DNA of 32,000 nt from Sulfolobus acidocaldarius DSM 639 (GTDB lineage Archaea; Thermoproteota; Thermoprotei_A; Sulfolobales; Sulfolobaceae), in the NCBI RefSeq assembly GCF_000012285.1, contig NC_007181.1, positions 1,800,001 to 1,832,000 on the forward strand. The letters are read 5' to 3'. Position 1 is the first letter of the stretch. Every line of letters begins with the position of its first letter. Made by a program: the position numbers and the translations under genes. The notes beneath the pieces were generated by a model. It was not told the origin of the DNA and searched no databases. It saw only the letters and a program-made list of their open reading frames with translations. Below are positions 18,507-27,638 of the stretch, piece after piece.

Positions 18507-19094
18507 TCATAATTTGTCTAATATATCGATCAAGTCATATATCTTAATCTTTAACTTTTGTTGCACTAGTTTTTCAGATTCGAATAAATTCTCTTTCGTC
18601 TCAATTTCATCTAATAACTCATCATTACCTCTCGTGTAATATTTCCATAGTCTCTCAATACCAACTTCCAAAGCTATACTCCCCCATAGTCTGACATAAT
18701 ACTCATACTCCTTGTTTATCATACATAATGCGTCAGTTAACCTGTGGTCTATGCATTGAGGTAAGAATTTTTTTAGATAATATAGAGTGAACAGCTCGGT
18801 AAGCCCTTCGTCAAAAATACCTCTCCTCTTAGTTTTCCTATTCGAGTGTAAGATTTCATGGATTAGAGTTTCCACACAGACTTTATAACGTATGCAGAAT
18901 ACCTTGAGAGTGCCAGATTCATAATCATAAACTCCTCTTACTATTCCCTTCCCTGGCATGGTGTAACTCATTTCAACCTCTATATTCTTAATTAAGTTTT
19001 CAAAACCAGGATATGGTTTAACCAGGTCATTCATTATTTTCTTAAATTGCTCATCAACACTGGTCCTATCGCAGGGCAGTTCACATTCTTCCAT
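18507..19094 (-). CDS. Putative minimal zinc metallopeptidase (HExxH protein, 195 aa)
   Basis: VETLIHEILHSNRK supplies HExxH, and FDEGLTELF 12-16 residues later supplies a candidate third Glu ligand. The gene is AT-rich and divergent from an HTH gene. Confidence 0.5.
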   Translation of the reverse strand: MEECELPCDRTSVDEQFKKIMNDLVKPYPGFENLIKNIEVEMSYTMPGKGIVRGVYDYESGTLKVFCIRYKVCVETLIHEILHSNRKTKRRGIFDEGLTELFTLYYLKKFLPQCIDHRLTDALCMINKEYEYYVRLWGSIALEVGIERLWKYYTRGNDELLDEIETKENLFESEKLVQQKLKIKIYDLIDILDKL

Positions 19095-19307
19095 AAACGT
19101 GGCATATTATCTTAAGGAGAGGATAAAAATTTGCATGTCCAGGGATCTCACAAGAGGAGCCAAAGACTGAATAATTAGCAATAAATTCAAGATTCATCCC
19201 AATTATGAAGTTTTGCAAATCACCTGCTGCCTTATCTACTTTAAGTTTATGGTCATACTGAACCTCATTAATGAGGAACAATTAACTGAAGTTGGAAATA
19301 TATATGG

Positions 19308-19727
19308 GTGTGTACTATCAATATACATATGACATTTGGTGAATCTTTTGGAAAGTTTCTTACTAAGACAGACTGCGTAAAAATAGTCAACATATTACGT
19401 GATGAATACAATGTCAATATTTCTGAAATAGCTAAGAAGATAGGGATAACCAGAAGTGCAATATACCACTGGATTTGGGAGATTGCGAAGTACATTGATG
19501 AGGAGAATAAGGCTAAGTTATTAGATTTGCTATACGAGAAGGACAGAGTTAGAGCTATCTCATTTGTTCAGGAATTGTTAGTAGAGTATATGGGGTTTCT
19601 TGAAAAAGAAAAGAGAAAGATACTAAAGACAACCCCAGAGCTCGAAACTAGAATTATATATACAAACCCTAACGTAACCATATCACCACAGGAAGGTGTC
19701 CGGAGATATGCAATTAAGGTCTTGTAG
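19308..19727 (+). CDS. Helix-turn-helix DNA-binding protein (probable leaderless start at ATG 19329, 132 aa)
   Basis: The HTH reads NVNISEIAKKIGITRSAIYHWIWE. An AAATATATAT TATA-like element is centred about 30 nt upstream of ATG 19329. Confidence 0.55.
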   Translation: MCTINIHMTFGESFGKFLTKTDCVKIVNILRDEYNVNISEIAKKIGITRSAIYHWIWEIAKYIDEENKAKLLDLLYEKDRVRAISFVQELLVEYMGFLEKEKRKILKTTPELETRIIYTNPNVTISPQEGVRRYAIKVL

Positions 19728-20253
19728 ACTAACAATAAGGTTCTCTTATCCTCACGTTATTGACCTCAGAGATATGATTAAGGTTATACAAGATAATGCG
19801 TACATAGTCCCCCGAGACTTACCTCCATCACCACCGGGGTCAATAGTAATAGGTAGTTTCACGGCAAGTAAGGACTCAATAGTCTTCGAGTTTAATAACA
19901 GCTCAGGAGTTATGAGCTTTTCAGTCTCATCATTTGATGAAATTCCTAAAGCGGTTAGTGACTTTAAGGAGATAGTAAAGGAATTAAGGTTAGGGGACAT
20001 AGACTTTATAGAACTTGTTTCAGAGATCTTAGTAAAAGGAAATCTAAAGTTAGATTGTAAGCTCTTTGGTAAGGAGTTAAGTGGCTTTGAGATCACTGAA
20101 GAGAATTCATTGATAAGACTAAGTAATTATCCTGCATTGAGGAATACCTATGTCTTGACAATTATCTATAAGTTCAAGGAGATTGGAGAGACCGATAAGT
20201 TCTTATCGGAAACTAAAAAGGTAATAGACTCAGTTACCAGTAACATATCTTAA
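19696..20253 (+). CDS. Hypothetical protein (about 181 aa from ATG 19708), translationally coupled to the HTH gene
   Basis: The ORF overlaps the HTH stop by about 20 nt. Its codon usage is consistent with its neighbours, and I recognise no motif. Confidence 0.45.
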   Translation: MSGDMQLRSCRLTIRFSYPHVIDLRDMIKVIQDNAYIVPRDLPPSPPGSIVIGSFTASKDSIVFEFNNSSGVMSFSVSSFDEIPKAVSDFKEIVKELRLGDIDFIELVSEILVKGNLKLDCKLFGKELSGFEITEENSLIRLSNYPALRNTYVLTIIYKFKEIGETDKFLSETKKVIDSVTSNIS

Positions 20254-20329
20254 AACAATTGTATATCTTACCACTGGACATATAACAGGTCCAGAGATTT
20301 AGGATAGATCCACCTCGCTATTGGGATAT

Positions 20330-21397
20330 CTATAACAAGAACCTGAGTATTAACAGGCTTACTACTAGGTAGAGTATAGAGCCGTCTAATACTCCGAATT
20401 TTATTATGAAAAGGTAGTACAAGACCAAGTTGACCATGTCCAACCAAAGTCCATCTGCCATTCCAACTCCTCCCACTATACCACTTGGTAACTTCCTTCC
20501 CTTTAAGGTGTCCACTAGAACACTTCCTATGGCTGAGGGTAAAAAGAGCGAGAGGAAGACATTGGCATTTACAGGAGGAAATATTAAGAGGAATTCGTGG
20601 ACAAAATACCAGACGACAACCACTGATAGAGGGAAGAATATGGTTGAGGTATAGGACGATACAACACCACCATATAACCCATTTTCAGTGTTAATAAGCA
20701 CCACCCTCATTGTGAGGTAATAATAGGCTAGAGAAAATACAAAGAGGAATAGGAGGAATGTGCGGTCTGCATTTACTATGGCATTTTTAGACATGTAGAT
20801 CGCTGTTAAGAAGAGCCCAACAAGGCACAGGTTGAAGTAGGTACTTTTGCTTAACCTGAAAGCAAAGAAGGAGAGGACATAGGATAGGAAAAGAATAGGC
20901 ACTAAGAACTTTAACAAAGAAGGTAATATGTACTGGGAGGCATAGAGAAGACCTGTGTAATAGACTGTGGAAGCCCATAACTGGTATGCGGAGAGCGAAC
21001 TACTTATCTCATCCCCTCTCCTGATTAACCTGACGATAGTTGTTACTATCAGTGATAGTATAGAGAAGAGGAATGCCCACGCAACGGGGTTTAAGGTACC
21101 TAAGTCCAGTGGGTAAAGGGTCTGAGTGCCCAGAAAGAATAGGTTAATGAAATACGCCCAATACCAGCAGAGGAGATACTTCCCTGGTTCGAAGCCCCTC
21201 AGAAAGACGAGAGAGATAAGGGAGGAAAAAACACTTACACTCACTAGAACGATGACCTCGGAAATTAAGTCGTGAGGGTAAAAATACGTAAAGGCATAAT
21301 GTATTGCAACTAAGCATACTAACGAAAAGACTGCGAGTCTGAACTCATGTGAGTAGAAATATAGACTAGACATTGAATAAAATTTAACTTTAAGCAT
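20330..21397 (-). CDS. Polytopic membrane protein with about 10 TM helices (355 aa), unknown function
   Basis: Hydrophobic helices run throughout the sequence. I recognise no catalytic motif. Confidence 0.65.
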   Translation of the reverse strand: MLKVKFYSMSSLYFYSHEFRLAVFSLVCLVAIHYAFTYFYPHDLISEVIVLVSVSVFSSLISLVFLRGFEPGKYLLCWYWAYFINLFFLGTQTLYPLDLGTLNPVAWAFLFSILSLIVTTIVRLIRRGDEISSSLSAYQLWASTVYYTGLLYASQYILPSLLKFLVPILFLSYVLSFFAFRLSKSTYFNLCLVGLFLTAIYMSKNAIVNADRTFLLFLFVFSLAYYYLTMRVVLINTENGLYGGVVSSYTSTIFFPLSVVVVWYFVHEFLLIFPPVNANVFLSLFLPSAIGSVLVDTLKGRKLPSGIVGGVGMADGLWLDMVNLVLYYLFIIKFGVLDGSILYLVVSLLILRFLL

Positions 21398-21721
21398 TTA
21401 TAAAACTACTTTGGAAGAGAGGTTCTACGTGGAACTAATTTAATCCGTCTCAAACTCCACCTTTATAGCCTCTGATCCCATGGATAGCTTTGTCATTGGA
21501 TATGAAGACACAGGGCTGGATGTCTTGAAGAGAGGTTCACCACAAGGTCGTCTCAGGTTAAATAGTGGCACCATGTTTTCACACATGTACTTACAGCTCA
21601 GAGATTATCAACCCTCAAGCCCAAGAGTATTAAGTACTTACTCTTTAAGACATAAAACCGGTTAAGACATAAAACTGGACTAAGTTGATTGCCCGTAATG
21701 AGCCCATACTACAATACTTCC

Positions 21722-22534
21722 TCATTCATCTATTACCTTAACATTTACCTCACCAAAGCCAATTGCCCTACTCTTGCCTACACCGAAGTAGTTTGCGTAC
21801 TCCAGCAACTTCTGGACATTCCTAGTGATCTTACTGTTCCTCTTTGACCTTAGCTCAAAAACGGTCCACCCTGTGAAGCCCCTCACAGGCTTTCCGTCAT
21901 AATAAGTTGTGACTGGACGTAGCCTGTAGTCCACTTCCCTCATATAATATAACGTCTTAAGCCCAGTGACTCCGTGTATTTTTTGATCCATGTTCTGGTT
22001 CCAGTGCTTAACAATGGAGAACAGGAGTATGGGCACATATGGAAAGAGGACGAACCTGTTGTCCTTCCTCTTCAGGTTAGGTCTTATGGGTTGTAGGAGG
22101 GTGGGTGTTAAAAACTCCATCCTGTAAAGCTTACTCTCAGATCTAAGGCTCTCCGTCTGGTCTACGACCTTAATGTCCTTTAGGTTGACCTGGAACTTAG
22201 TATTCCACGCCTCGACTGTAGTCTGTACTTTCTCCATTATTTCTCTGAAAATATTCTCGTCCTGAAAAGAAAAGGTAAAGGAATAACTTTGATTACCGTT
22301 AATTATCGACTTTCCCCTTCCCCTTGCGTAAACAGGTCTCCCTTCTGGGTCCTTAATAACAGTCACCCTCAGGGGCTTATAAGAAGTGTTCTGATACTGG
22401 AGTTTTGAGTATGTGTCTGAGAGCTTCACCAATATTAACCTACTTAACTTTGAGGTGAAAGGTGGGAGTATTATGTCGTGGTCAGTAGTGATCTCAAAGG
22501 ATGTGTAGAATATCACAATAATAGTGTATGACAA
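21722..22534 (-). CDS. cas6: Cas6 CRISPR repeat endoribonuclease
   Basis: It has the C-terminal glycine-rich loop YFGVGKSRAIGFGEVNV and a length of about 265-270 aa, typical of Sulfolobales Cas6. The start is probably the GTG at 22516 (MIFYTSFEI...), given the TATAAAAA box at 22540-22547. Confidence 0.8.
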   Translation of the reverse strand: MSYTIIVIFYTSFEITTDHDIILPPFTSKLSRLILVKLSDTYSKLQYQNTSYKPLRVTVIKDPEGRPVYARGRGKSIINGNQSYSFTFSFQDENIFREIMEKVQTTVEAWNTKFQVNLKDIKVVDQTESLRSESKLYRMEFLTPTLLQPIRPNLKRKDNRFVLFPYVPILLFSIVKHWNQNMDQKIHGVTGLKTLYYMREVDYRLRPVTTYYDGKPVRGFTGWTVFELRSKRNSKITRNVQKLLEYANYFGVGKSRAIGFGEVNVKVIDE

Positions 22535-22539
22535 CTACA

Positions 22540-22547
22540 TTTTTATA
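22540..22547 (-). promoter_or_regulatory. TATA box for cas6
   Basis: TATAAAAA on the minus strand lies 24 nt upstream of the in-frame GTG at 22516 and only 6 nt from the TTG at 22534. Confidence 0.35.
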
Positions 22548-22929
22548 CATTCTCTTCATTTACTTTAACTCCAGTGATGATGAGGGAATATGGTCTTAGT
22601 GGTGTTAGTGTAACGTGTGATAGGACTTACCAGCGAGGGAGAATGAGACTCCTCTCTAAAACCAGACAATTAAGTCTCTTATTCAGACGAAAACTAGCTA
22701 ACTAGAGGTTAAGGTTAACCCACGATATCTGTTACCATGTCTAATACTTGTTTAAAGGGGTTATTTAGTGGACACAGAAAAGTTTATGGTATTCATGCTC
22801 CAACTTACAATAAAAATACACCTGTAAACAAACAAAAAACCAATTTATACCAAAATAACTAGAATTGTAGTCAATACATAAAAGCAAAAGAAAAACTTTA
22901 AAAAAACACTTTATTTATTATTATTTAAT

Positions 22930-23295
22930 ATGCCAGATTCCAATGAGATTGAAAAGTTGGTAGCCAGGACAAGAGTATTTCTCTTCTTTTCCATAACCCT
23001 ATTAGTGTTTGGGTCAGATATTGCAGCAGAAATAGCTGACAACATGGTCTATCCTTTAGACGATATTTTGGTGTTAGTTCTAGGGATCGTGGGCATTGTG
23101 TTATACTTTGCCATGAGGTCAAGGTCAGTTGAAGGTCTAAAACGTCTTAACAACATCTATTTAACCGTATTTGTTGTAGCCCTGGCAATAAAGTTAGTGT
23201 GGACCATTATAGAAGCTCCTCATCCCGACGATATGGCTGACGATATTCCTGCAGTGATAATACTCGCTGTTGTTATAGCCAACAGGTTCTTCTGA
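22930..23295 (+). CDS. Small membrane protein with about 4 TM helices (121 aa)
   Basis: It has hydrophobic segments (VFLFFSITLLVFG, ILVLVLGIVGIVLYFA, IYLTVFVVALAIKLVW, IPAVIILAVVIA) and an extremely AT-rich upstream region with TATA-like tracts. Confidence 0.45.
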   Translation: MPDSNEIEKLVARTRVFLFFSITLLVFGSDIAAEIADNMVYPLDDILVLVLGIVGIVLYFAMRSRSVEGLKRLNNIYLTVFVVALAIKLVWTIIEAPHPDDMADDIPAVIILAVVIANRFF

Positions 23296-23327
23296 CTAAT
23301 TAGTTTTAAACTATCTGACTCTTTTTT

Positions 23328-23594
23328 CTATATCTTATAAACTTTTCTAACATAGACTGATAAACCACTGAAGGGTTCCCTCACCTTTTCGGGTCTATAT
23401 CCCTTATATGGTGAAGTCGAAAGGCTCAGAGAACCCCTCCCATAAGGGTTCACTATAGCAATATCGTCAAGGTAGACAGGGTAAGTGTGGAGTGAGAGGT
23501 TCAGTATTATTGGAAAGGAAAAAAGAGTGACGCGGTAGTAGTTTAGACATTGTCTGTCCGTTCTAGGCTTACCCCTCAGTTGAACAGTTGCCAA
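23328..23594 (-). CDS. Hypothetical ORF (88 aa) overlapping the end of the zinc-finger ORF
   Basis: This is only an open frame positioned as if coupled to the upstream zinc-finger ORF. It has no recognisable motif. Confidence 0.2.
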   Translation of the reverse strand: MATVQLRGKPRTDRQCLNYYRVTLFSFPIILNLSLHTYPVYLDDIAIVNPYGRGSLSLSTSPYKGYRPEKVREPFSGLSVYVRKVYKI

Positions 23595-23800
23595 TTGCTG
23601 ATGAGGTATTTCTGGTGTCTGTCATCCTTACACCTCTTCAAATGCCTTTTAAGGTCGCTAAAGTTCCTTGACCTTATCTCCTTCTTACACACCACACAAT
23701 AAGGTATTTGGCTCTTCTCAGCGTGTATCTTCATGCTCCTTAAATCCCTGAAGCACTGCCCACAATCGTCGTGGACTACGCATATTATACAACTTATCAT
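23576..23800 (-). CDS. Small zinc-finger protein (74 aa, two CxxC-based fingers)
   Basis: It reads CGQCFRDLRSMKIHAEKS and YCVVCKKEIRSRNFSDLKRHLKRC (C-x2-C-x12-H-x3-C, C2H2/C2HC-like). It has an ATG start. Confidence 0.5.
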   Translation of the reverse strand: MISCIICVVHDDCGQCFRDLRSMKIHAEKSQIPYCVVCKKEIRSRNFSDLKRHLKRCKDDRHQKYLISNWQLFN

Positions 23801-24406
23801 GGGTTCTTAGGAAAAGAAGTTCAAGCATGCATTCTATTCCGAAGAACACTTTTATAAGGATTACTGTTACCGAGCGACGAAGGGGTAGGTGGTAGATAGT
23901 AATTGTTTGGGGAAGAAAAACAATACAGGTGAAGAGAGAGTGTATATGTATGCAACTATTTTTCAGCAAACTTAAACAAAAAAGTGACCTCATACCTCTG
24001 AGTTTGAGGAGAGGGGATAACACTCAACTCATCCTAGAACGGGAGTGATAACTTGAAAGGGTCTAATTTCCCTTCTTAGTCACAATGGTCATTTCAAAAT
24101 TATTCATGTAGATAAAGTGAGAGAAGACCAATTGTACACTGAGTATGTTGAAGGCTACCCTGTTTAGTCCGTCCAGTCAGCCTCTCCCCATACACTTGGG
24201 TAGAAACACCGTTCAAGTGTCAGCAAATCACCTTAATACAACTAGATAGATTAAGTTAGAACTCTGACTTACTCCCGAAGGGGGTTTGTCGCTCTTCTAT
24301 CAGTCTGTGTCTAGATCCCCCCCTTCATGTAAAATATGTTTCAGGTCTTCAACACAAGGCTTTCCATGTTGATCTGAAATACACACCGGGAACACTCCTA
24401 TCACAC

Positions 24407-24703
24407 TTACCACAACACGTTTGAGTCTCCCCTTTCTTCATGTTCTCCTGAACCACCTATTACTATCCTCTGCTTAAACTGGGTCTCTGTGACAGGCAGT
24501 ATCAACACGTTAAACCTCTCCCCCTCAGACCTCCTTTTGGCGTAAAGCCTTAAGCCTGCTGTCAGGTCCTTAACCCTAGAGGAGTTCAATTCTCCAAAGA
24601 AAACACTGAACTGCAACCTTACCAGTCCCTTCTTTTTAAGGAAGTCAGCTACCTTCCCCCTCAGGTCGTCATCACTTATGTCGTAAAACACCACATATAA
24701 CAT
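24407..24703 (-). CDS. cas2: Cas2
   Basis: [12 protein letters not shown] carries the beta1 strand with the catalytic Asp. [10 protein letters not shown] is present, the length is 98 aa, and the gene starts 6 nt after cas1. Confidence 0.9.
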   Translation of the reverse strand: MLYVVFYDISDDDLRGKVADFLKKKGLVRLQFSVFFGELNSSRVKDLTAGLRLYAKRRSEGERFNVLILPVTETQFKQRIVIGGSGEHEERGDSNVLW

Positions 24704-24709
24704 TGTACC

Positions 24710-25615
24710 TCACTTACTGAGGAATGGCTTATACTCTTCGTCGTGGAGTAGCGAGTTTGCCAACTTCCTAGCCTGAGTATACACCAAGTCCTCGTCCAGG
24801 TTAAGTGTATAGGCTGTCTTAGGATCCTTAACTTTTTCAGGGTCTTCCCTTGCTATCCCTATTAACTTCCTGTCCACAAGTGGAGATCTGAACTCCTCCA
24901 TTAAGTCGAAAACCAGTGACGTCCTACCGCTCCTCACCCTGTGTAAAAAACCTATATAGGGGTTGAGCCCCACAGATATGAGAGCAGAGAGGACCAGCTT
25001 CCTCAACATGGCGTAGCCTATATTTAAAGCCACATTAAAGGGGTCCTTGTTAAGTTCAATCCTCTTTTTCCTCCCCTTAAACCCCAGGGACTTAGGGAGT
25101 AAGTTCTTCACTCCACTCCAGTAGACCTTGGCACCCTGTGCTTCAACCTGCATGATCTCTTTCACATCTGTAAGTGCTAACACACTCTTTGCAAGTTCAC
25201 TTAGCACTCTAGTCTTAAGGTCTAAGGAGTACTTCCTCTCATAGTACCTTAGTGTCATCATCTGGTTGTGAAGCTTGCCGTAGACAAACTCCCTTGCGTA
25301 CAAGTACATGGTCTTCCTGTGCACTACAAGCATCTGTTTCAGCCAAAGCCTCATTGACCCAGAATACCTAGCTGGTATGAGCTTAGCTATTGGTTCATAC
25401 TTCTCGAAGAATACCAGGTCTACACCATGCTCATAGGCTAACTTTATCACCTCAGAGGATATAGCTGACCTTGAGATCACGACGATCGAGGACAACTCTG
25501 AAGGAGACACAGACCACTTGACCTCATCTTTAACTGAGCACTCTATCATTCCCTTGTTGACCCTCAGGTGAGCCCCGTGGTCCTTAACGAATGCTATCTT
25601 TTTCCCATCTTTCAT
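24710..25615 (-). CDS. cas1: Cas1 integrase
   Basis: It carries EAQGAKVYW, NVALNIGYAML and GFLHRVRSGRTSLVFDLMEEFR (the conserved E, H, D region). Length is 301 aa. Confidence 0.93.
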   Translation of the reverse strand: MKDGKKIAFVKDHGAHLRVNKGMIECSVKDEVKWSVSPSELSSIVVISRSAISSEVIKLAYEHGVDLVFFEKYEPIAKLIPARYSGSMRLWLKQMLVVHRKTMYLYAREFVYGKLHNQMMTLRYYERKYSLDLKTRVLSELAKSVLALTDVKEIMQVEAQGAKVYWSGVKNLLPKSLGFKGRKKRIELNKDPFNVALNIGYAMLRKLVLSALISVGLNPYIGFLHRVRSGRTSLVFDLMEEFRSPLVDRKLIGIAREDPEKVKDPKTAYTLNLDEDLVYTQARKLANSLLHDEEYKPFLSK

Positions 25616-25970
25616 ACTTAATTTTATATTTATTTCATTATTAATTTTTTTATCGCTTAGAGCTCTGTGTTGTGCCGTTAAAGTAGAAGATCTTCTTGTA
25701 ATTCAGTACAGACACTAACGTGCGTGTGAGGAGAAGTATAGCTTACGAAAACGCACCCCTTCCTAGCAATTCTAGATCTATATTGATTGTCCAGAGACGA
25801 CATTATTGCTGCATTAAACTATTGTGGAGGTAGAGCTAATAAATGGCGTTATTCCTCCTCCAAGTCTACACTACTCCTATACTACCTGTGAGTAAAGCGC
25901 ATCCCTTAGATATAACTAGTCTAATACGCTCGACTTAGCATTATCATTATGATATAACCATAATTGCCGT

Positions 25971-26628
25971 CTTTCAATCCTTTTTGGGATTCATCAGAGT
26001 CCCCTTCAACATAAAACCTAACTTGGTTTGGCTTTCAATCCCTTTTGGGATTCATCATTATCGACTCCCTAGACGTTCACATAAGCGACAAGATCTTTCA
26101 ATCCCTTTTGGGATTCATCTAGCTCTAGCAGGAGAAGAGGCTAATGTTAGCAGAGCCTTTCAATCCCTTTTGGGATTCATCTGCGGAAATATGGAAAGAA
26201 GTATTATGAAAAAAGGAGAAAACTTTCAATCCCTTTTGGGATTCATCTCTCGTATGACTTGCTGTCCAATGACATAATAAACTCTTTCAATCCCTTTTGG
26301 GATTCATCCTGTCATTAGCACAGGCTGGCATACTTTATTTATACCCCTTTCAATCCCTTTTGGGATTCATCAAAGTTCTAGTCAGCCAGCACCTGAAAAT
26401 AGGGTGCTCTTTCAATCCCTTTTGGGATTCATCGAGTTTAAAAAGCTTTAAACAGTACGCAAACGATTTGAGCTTTCAATCCCTTTTGGGATTCATCTAT
26501 GAACTAACAGATAAAGGGAAGAGAAGTGTTCCCAAAACTCTTTCAATCCCTTTTGGGATTCATCCTTTAAGATTGAGCTTGACAAATATTTCTGTGAACA
26601 GAGCTTTCAATCCCTTTTGGGATTCATC
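25971..26628 (-). CRISPR. CRISPR array 1: 11 repeats of 25 nt and 10 spacers (36-42 nt), transcribed leftward from the leader at its right end
   Basis: Repeats start at 25971, 26032, 26095, 26157, 26223, 26284, 26347, 26409, 26473, 26540 and 26604. Ten are identical (CTTTCAATCCCTTTTGGGATTCATC). The leader-distal one (25971-25995) carries a C>T change at position 11. Spacer lengths are 36, 38, 37, 41, 36, 38, 37, 39, 42 and 39. Confidence 0.97.
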
Positions 26629-26884
26629 TGGTTTGTTTTTATATCCCTTGTCTTATTTTTCCCTTTCCTTGTATTTAAATTTTAGGTGTTTTATGGGGAA
26701 CTTTAATGCGACCTTAAGTCCTAGTAATTGTGTTTAGGTTTTTTGGTCGCATGGTGCTTAACTAGAGTTGAAAGATGGTTGTGTATTTATAAATGTTGAG
26801 GGGTTGTAACTAAGTTGGGATGGGTCGCATTGAGACTCGAAAAACAACATTTATAAACTTCATGAAAAGATCGAAGAAAAGAGT
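26629..26884 (-). promoter_or_regulatory. CRISPR leader 1 (256 bp), with a TATTTAAAT TATA-like element about 45-55 nt from the first repeat
   Basis: This AT-rich sequence abuts the conserved end of the array. It is an exact reverse complement of 29755-30010 (checked block by block). The TATA-like element is at 26672-26683. Confidence 0.8.
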
Positions 26885-27071
26885 GCGATTCATCAAACCT
26901 ACAATTATGTTTTTAGTAACGTAAACTTAAAAAGTTCTTCAGCCATCTCAGGCAATCTGTAATTATTTTTCAAAATATGTTTATCAAAATATTTATAAAT
27001 AGACTTATAAACCCACGTATTTGACCTAAATTTAACAGGTCTGACATACTGAAAAGTTTTCAATACAACAC

Positions 27072-27638
27072 CTATATCTCCCTTACATAAAGACTCCCTT
27101 GCCTTAGGGGATTGCAGTAGGGCAAGAATCCGCAGTTGATACATTTCTTTGCAGGTTGGACTATCCTCTCTTTTCTCCTTCCGCTCTCTGTTCCCCTTAT
27201 CTTATTAATTACGCTCTCGATATATCTTCTCTCCTGATTAGTGTACTTGACCCTAACTATCCTTTTTAGCTTCACGTAATATATTAAACCTTCCTTTACC
27301 AACATTCCTTTTCTCTCCATCAGGTAGGAGTAAAAGATAACTTGCATTTTGTGGTCCAATCTTACCTTTTCACCAGCCTTGATGTCTAACGGAGAAAAGT
27401 AGTGATAGAAGGCTAGGATATAGTCAGGCTGACCTGTTAAGTCCCTGTAGCGTAAGAAGGGCTTCTTTATCACATCCTTAGCCTTTAGGAGAGGATATAA
27501 GAACTGGACGATTTTCTCTTTTTATACCTCCTCACCTTCCACCATAGCCTCCGTAACCCTTTCCCTAAAGCCCAGGCTCTCTATCTTCACAATTGCTGGG
27601 CAGTAAAAGTAGTGCTTTATAGTAGATCCGGTAATCAT
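27072..27638 (-). pseudogene. cas4: Cas4 (RecB-like nuclease with Fe-S cysteines) interrupted by one in-frame TAA at codon 39
   Basis: The same frame runs from ATG 27638: MITGSTIKHYFYCPAIVKIESLGFRERVTEAMVEGEEV, TAA (27524-27522), then KEKIVQ...GQPDYILAF..SPLDIKAGEK..HKMQVIFYSYL...CINCGFLPYC. This gives the N-terminal Cys, D/DxK, QxxxY and CxxCx5C motifs. The total is 188 codons. Confidence 0.8.

Noticed and set aside
19081-19495. Minus-strand ORFs 19081-19281 and 19268-19495
   Set aside because: They occupy the divergent promoter region and the 5' end of the HTH gene. The first overlaps the metallopeptidase start out of frame. They are most likely spurious.
21180-21200. tRNA T-arm-like GGTTCGAAGCCCC
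   Set aside because: It lies inside the 355-aa membrane-protein gene, with no acceptor, D or anticodon arms around it. I found no tRNA or rRNA genes anywhere in the window.
19752-21665. ORFs 19752-20096 (-), 20430-20654 (+), 20485-20694 (+), 20787-20978 (-) and 21480-21665 (+)
   Set aside because: The first four are antisense or alternative-frame shadows of the 185-aa and 355-aa genes. The last is a short intergenic ORF without features.
22925-24023. ORFs 22925-23122 (-) and 23718-24023 (-)
   Set aside because: The first is antisense to the 121-aa membrane-protein gene. The second overlaps the zinc-finger ORF out of frame and runs into ORF-poor sequence.
25984-26737. ORFs 25984-26277 (97 aa) and 26297-26737 (146 aa), with recurring FQSLLGFI / FNPFWDSS peptides
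   Set aside because: They are translations of the CRISPR repeats and leader. The periodic peptide is the repeat read in different frames, so this is not coding sequence.
26905-27144. ORF 26905-27144 (-), 79 aa, between leader 1 and cas4
   Set aside because: It overlaps the cas4 3' end in another frame, is AT-rich, and has no motifs. I treated it as spurious, although a small leader-adjacent gene cannot be excluded.
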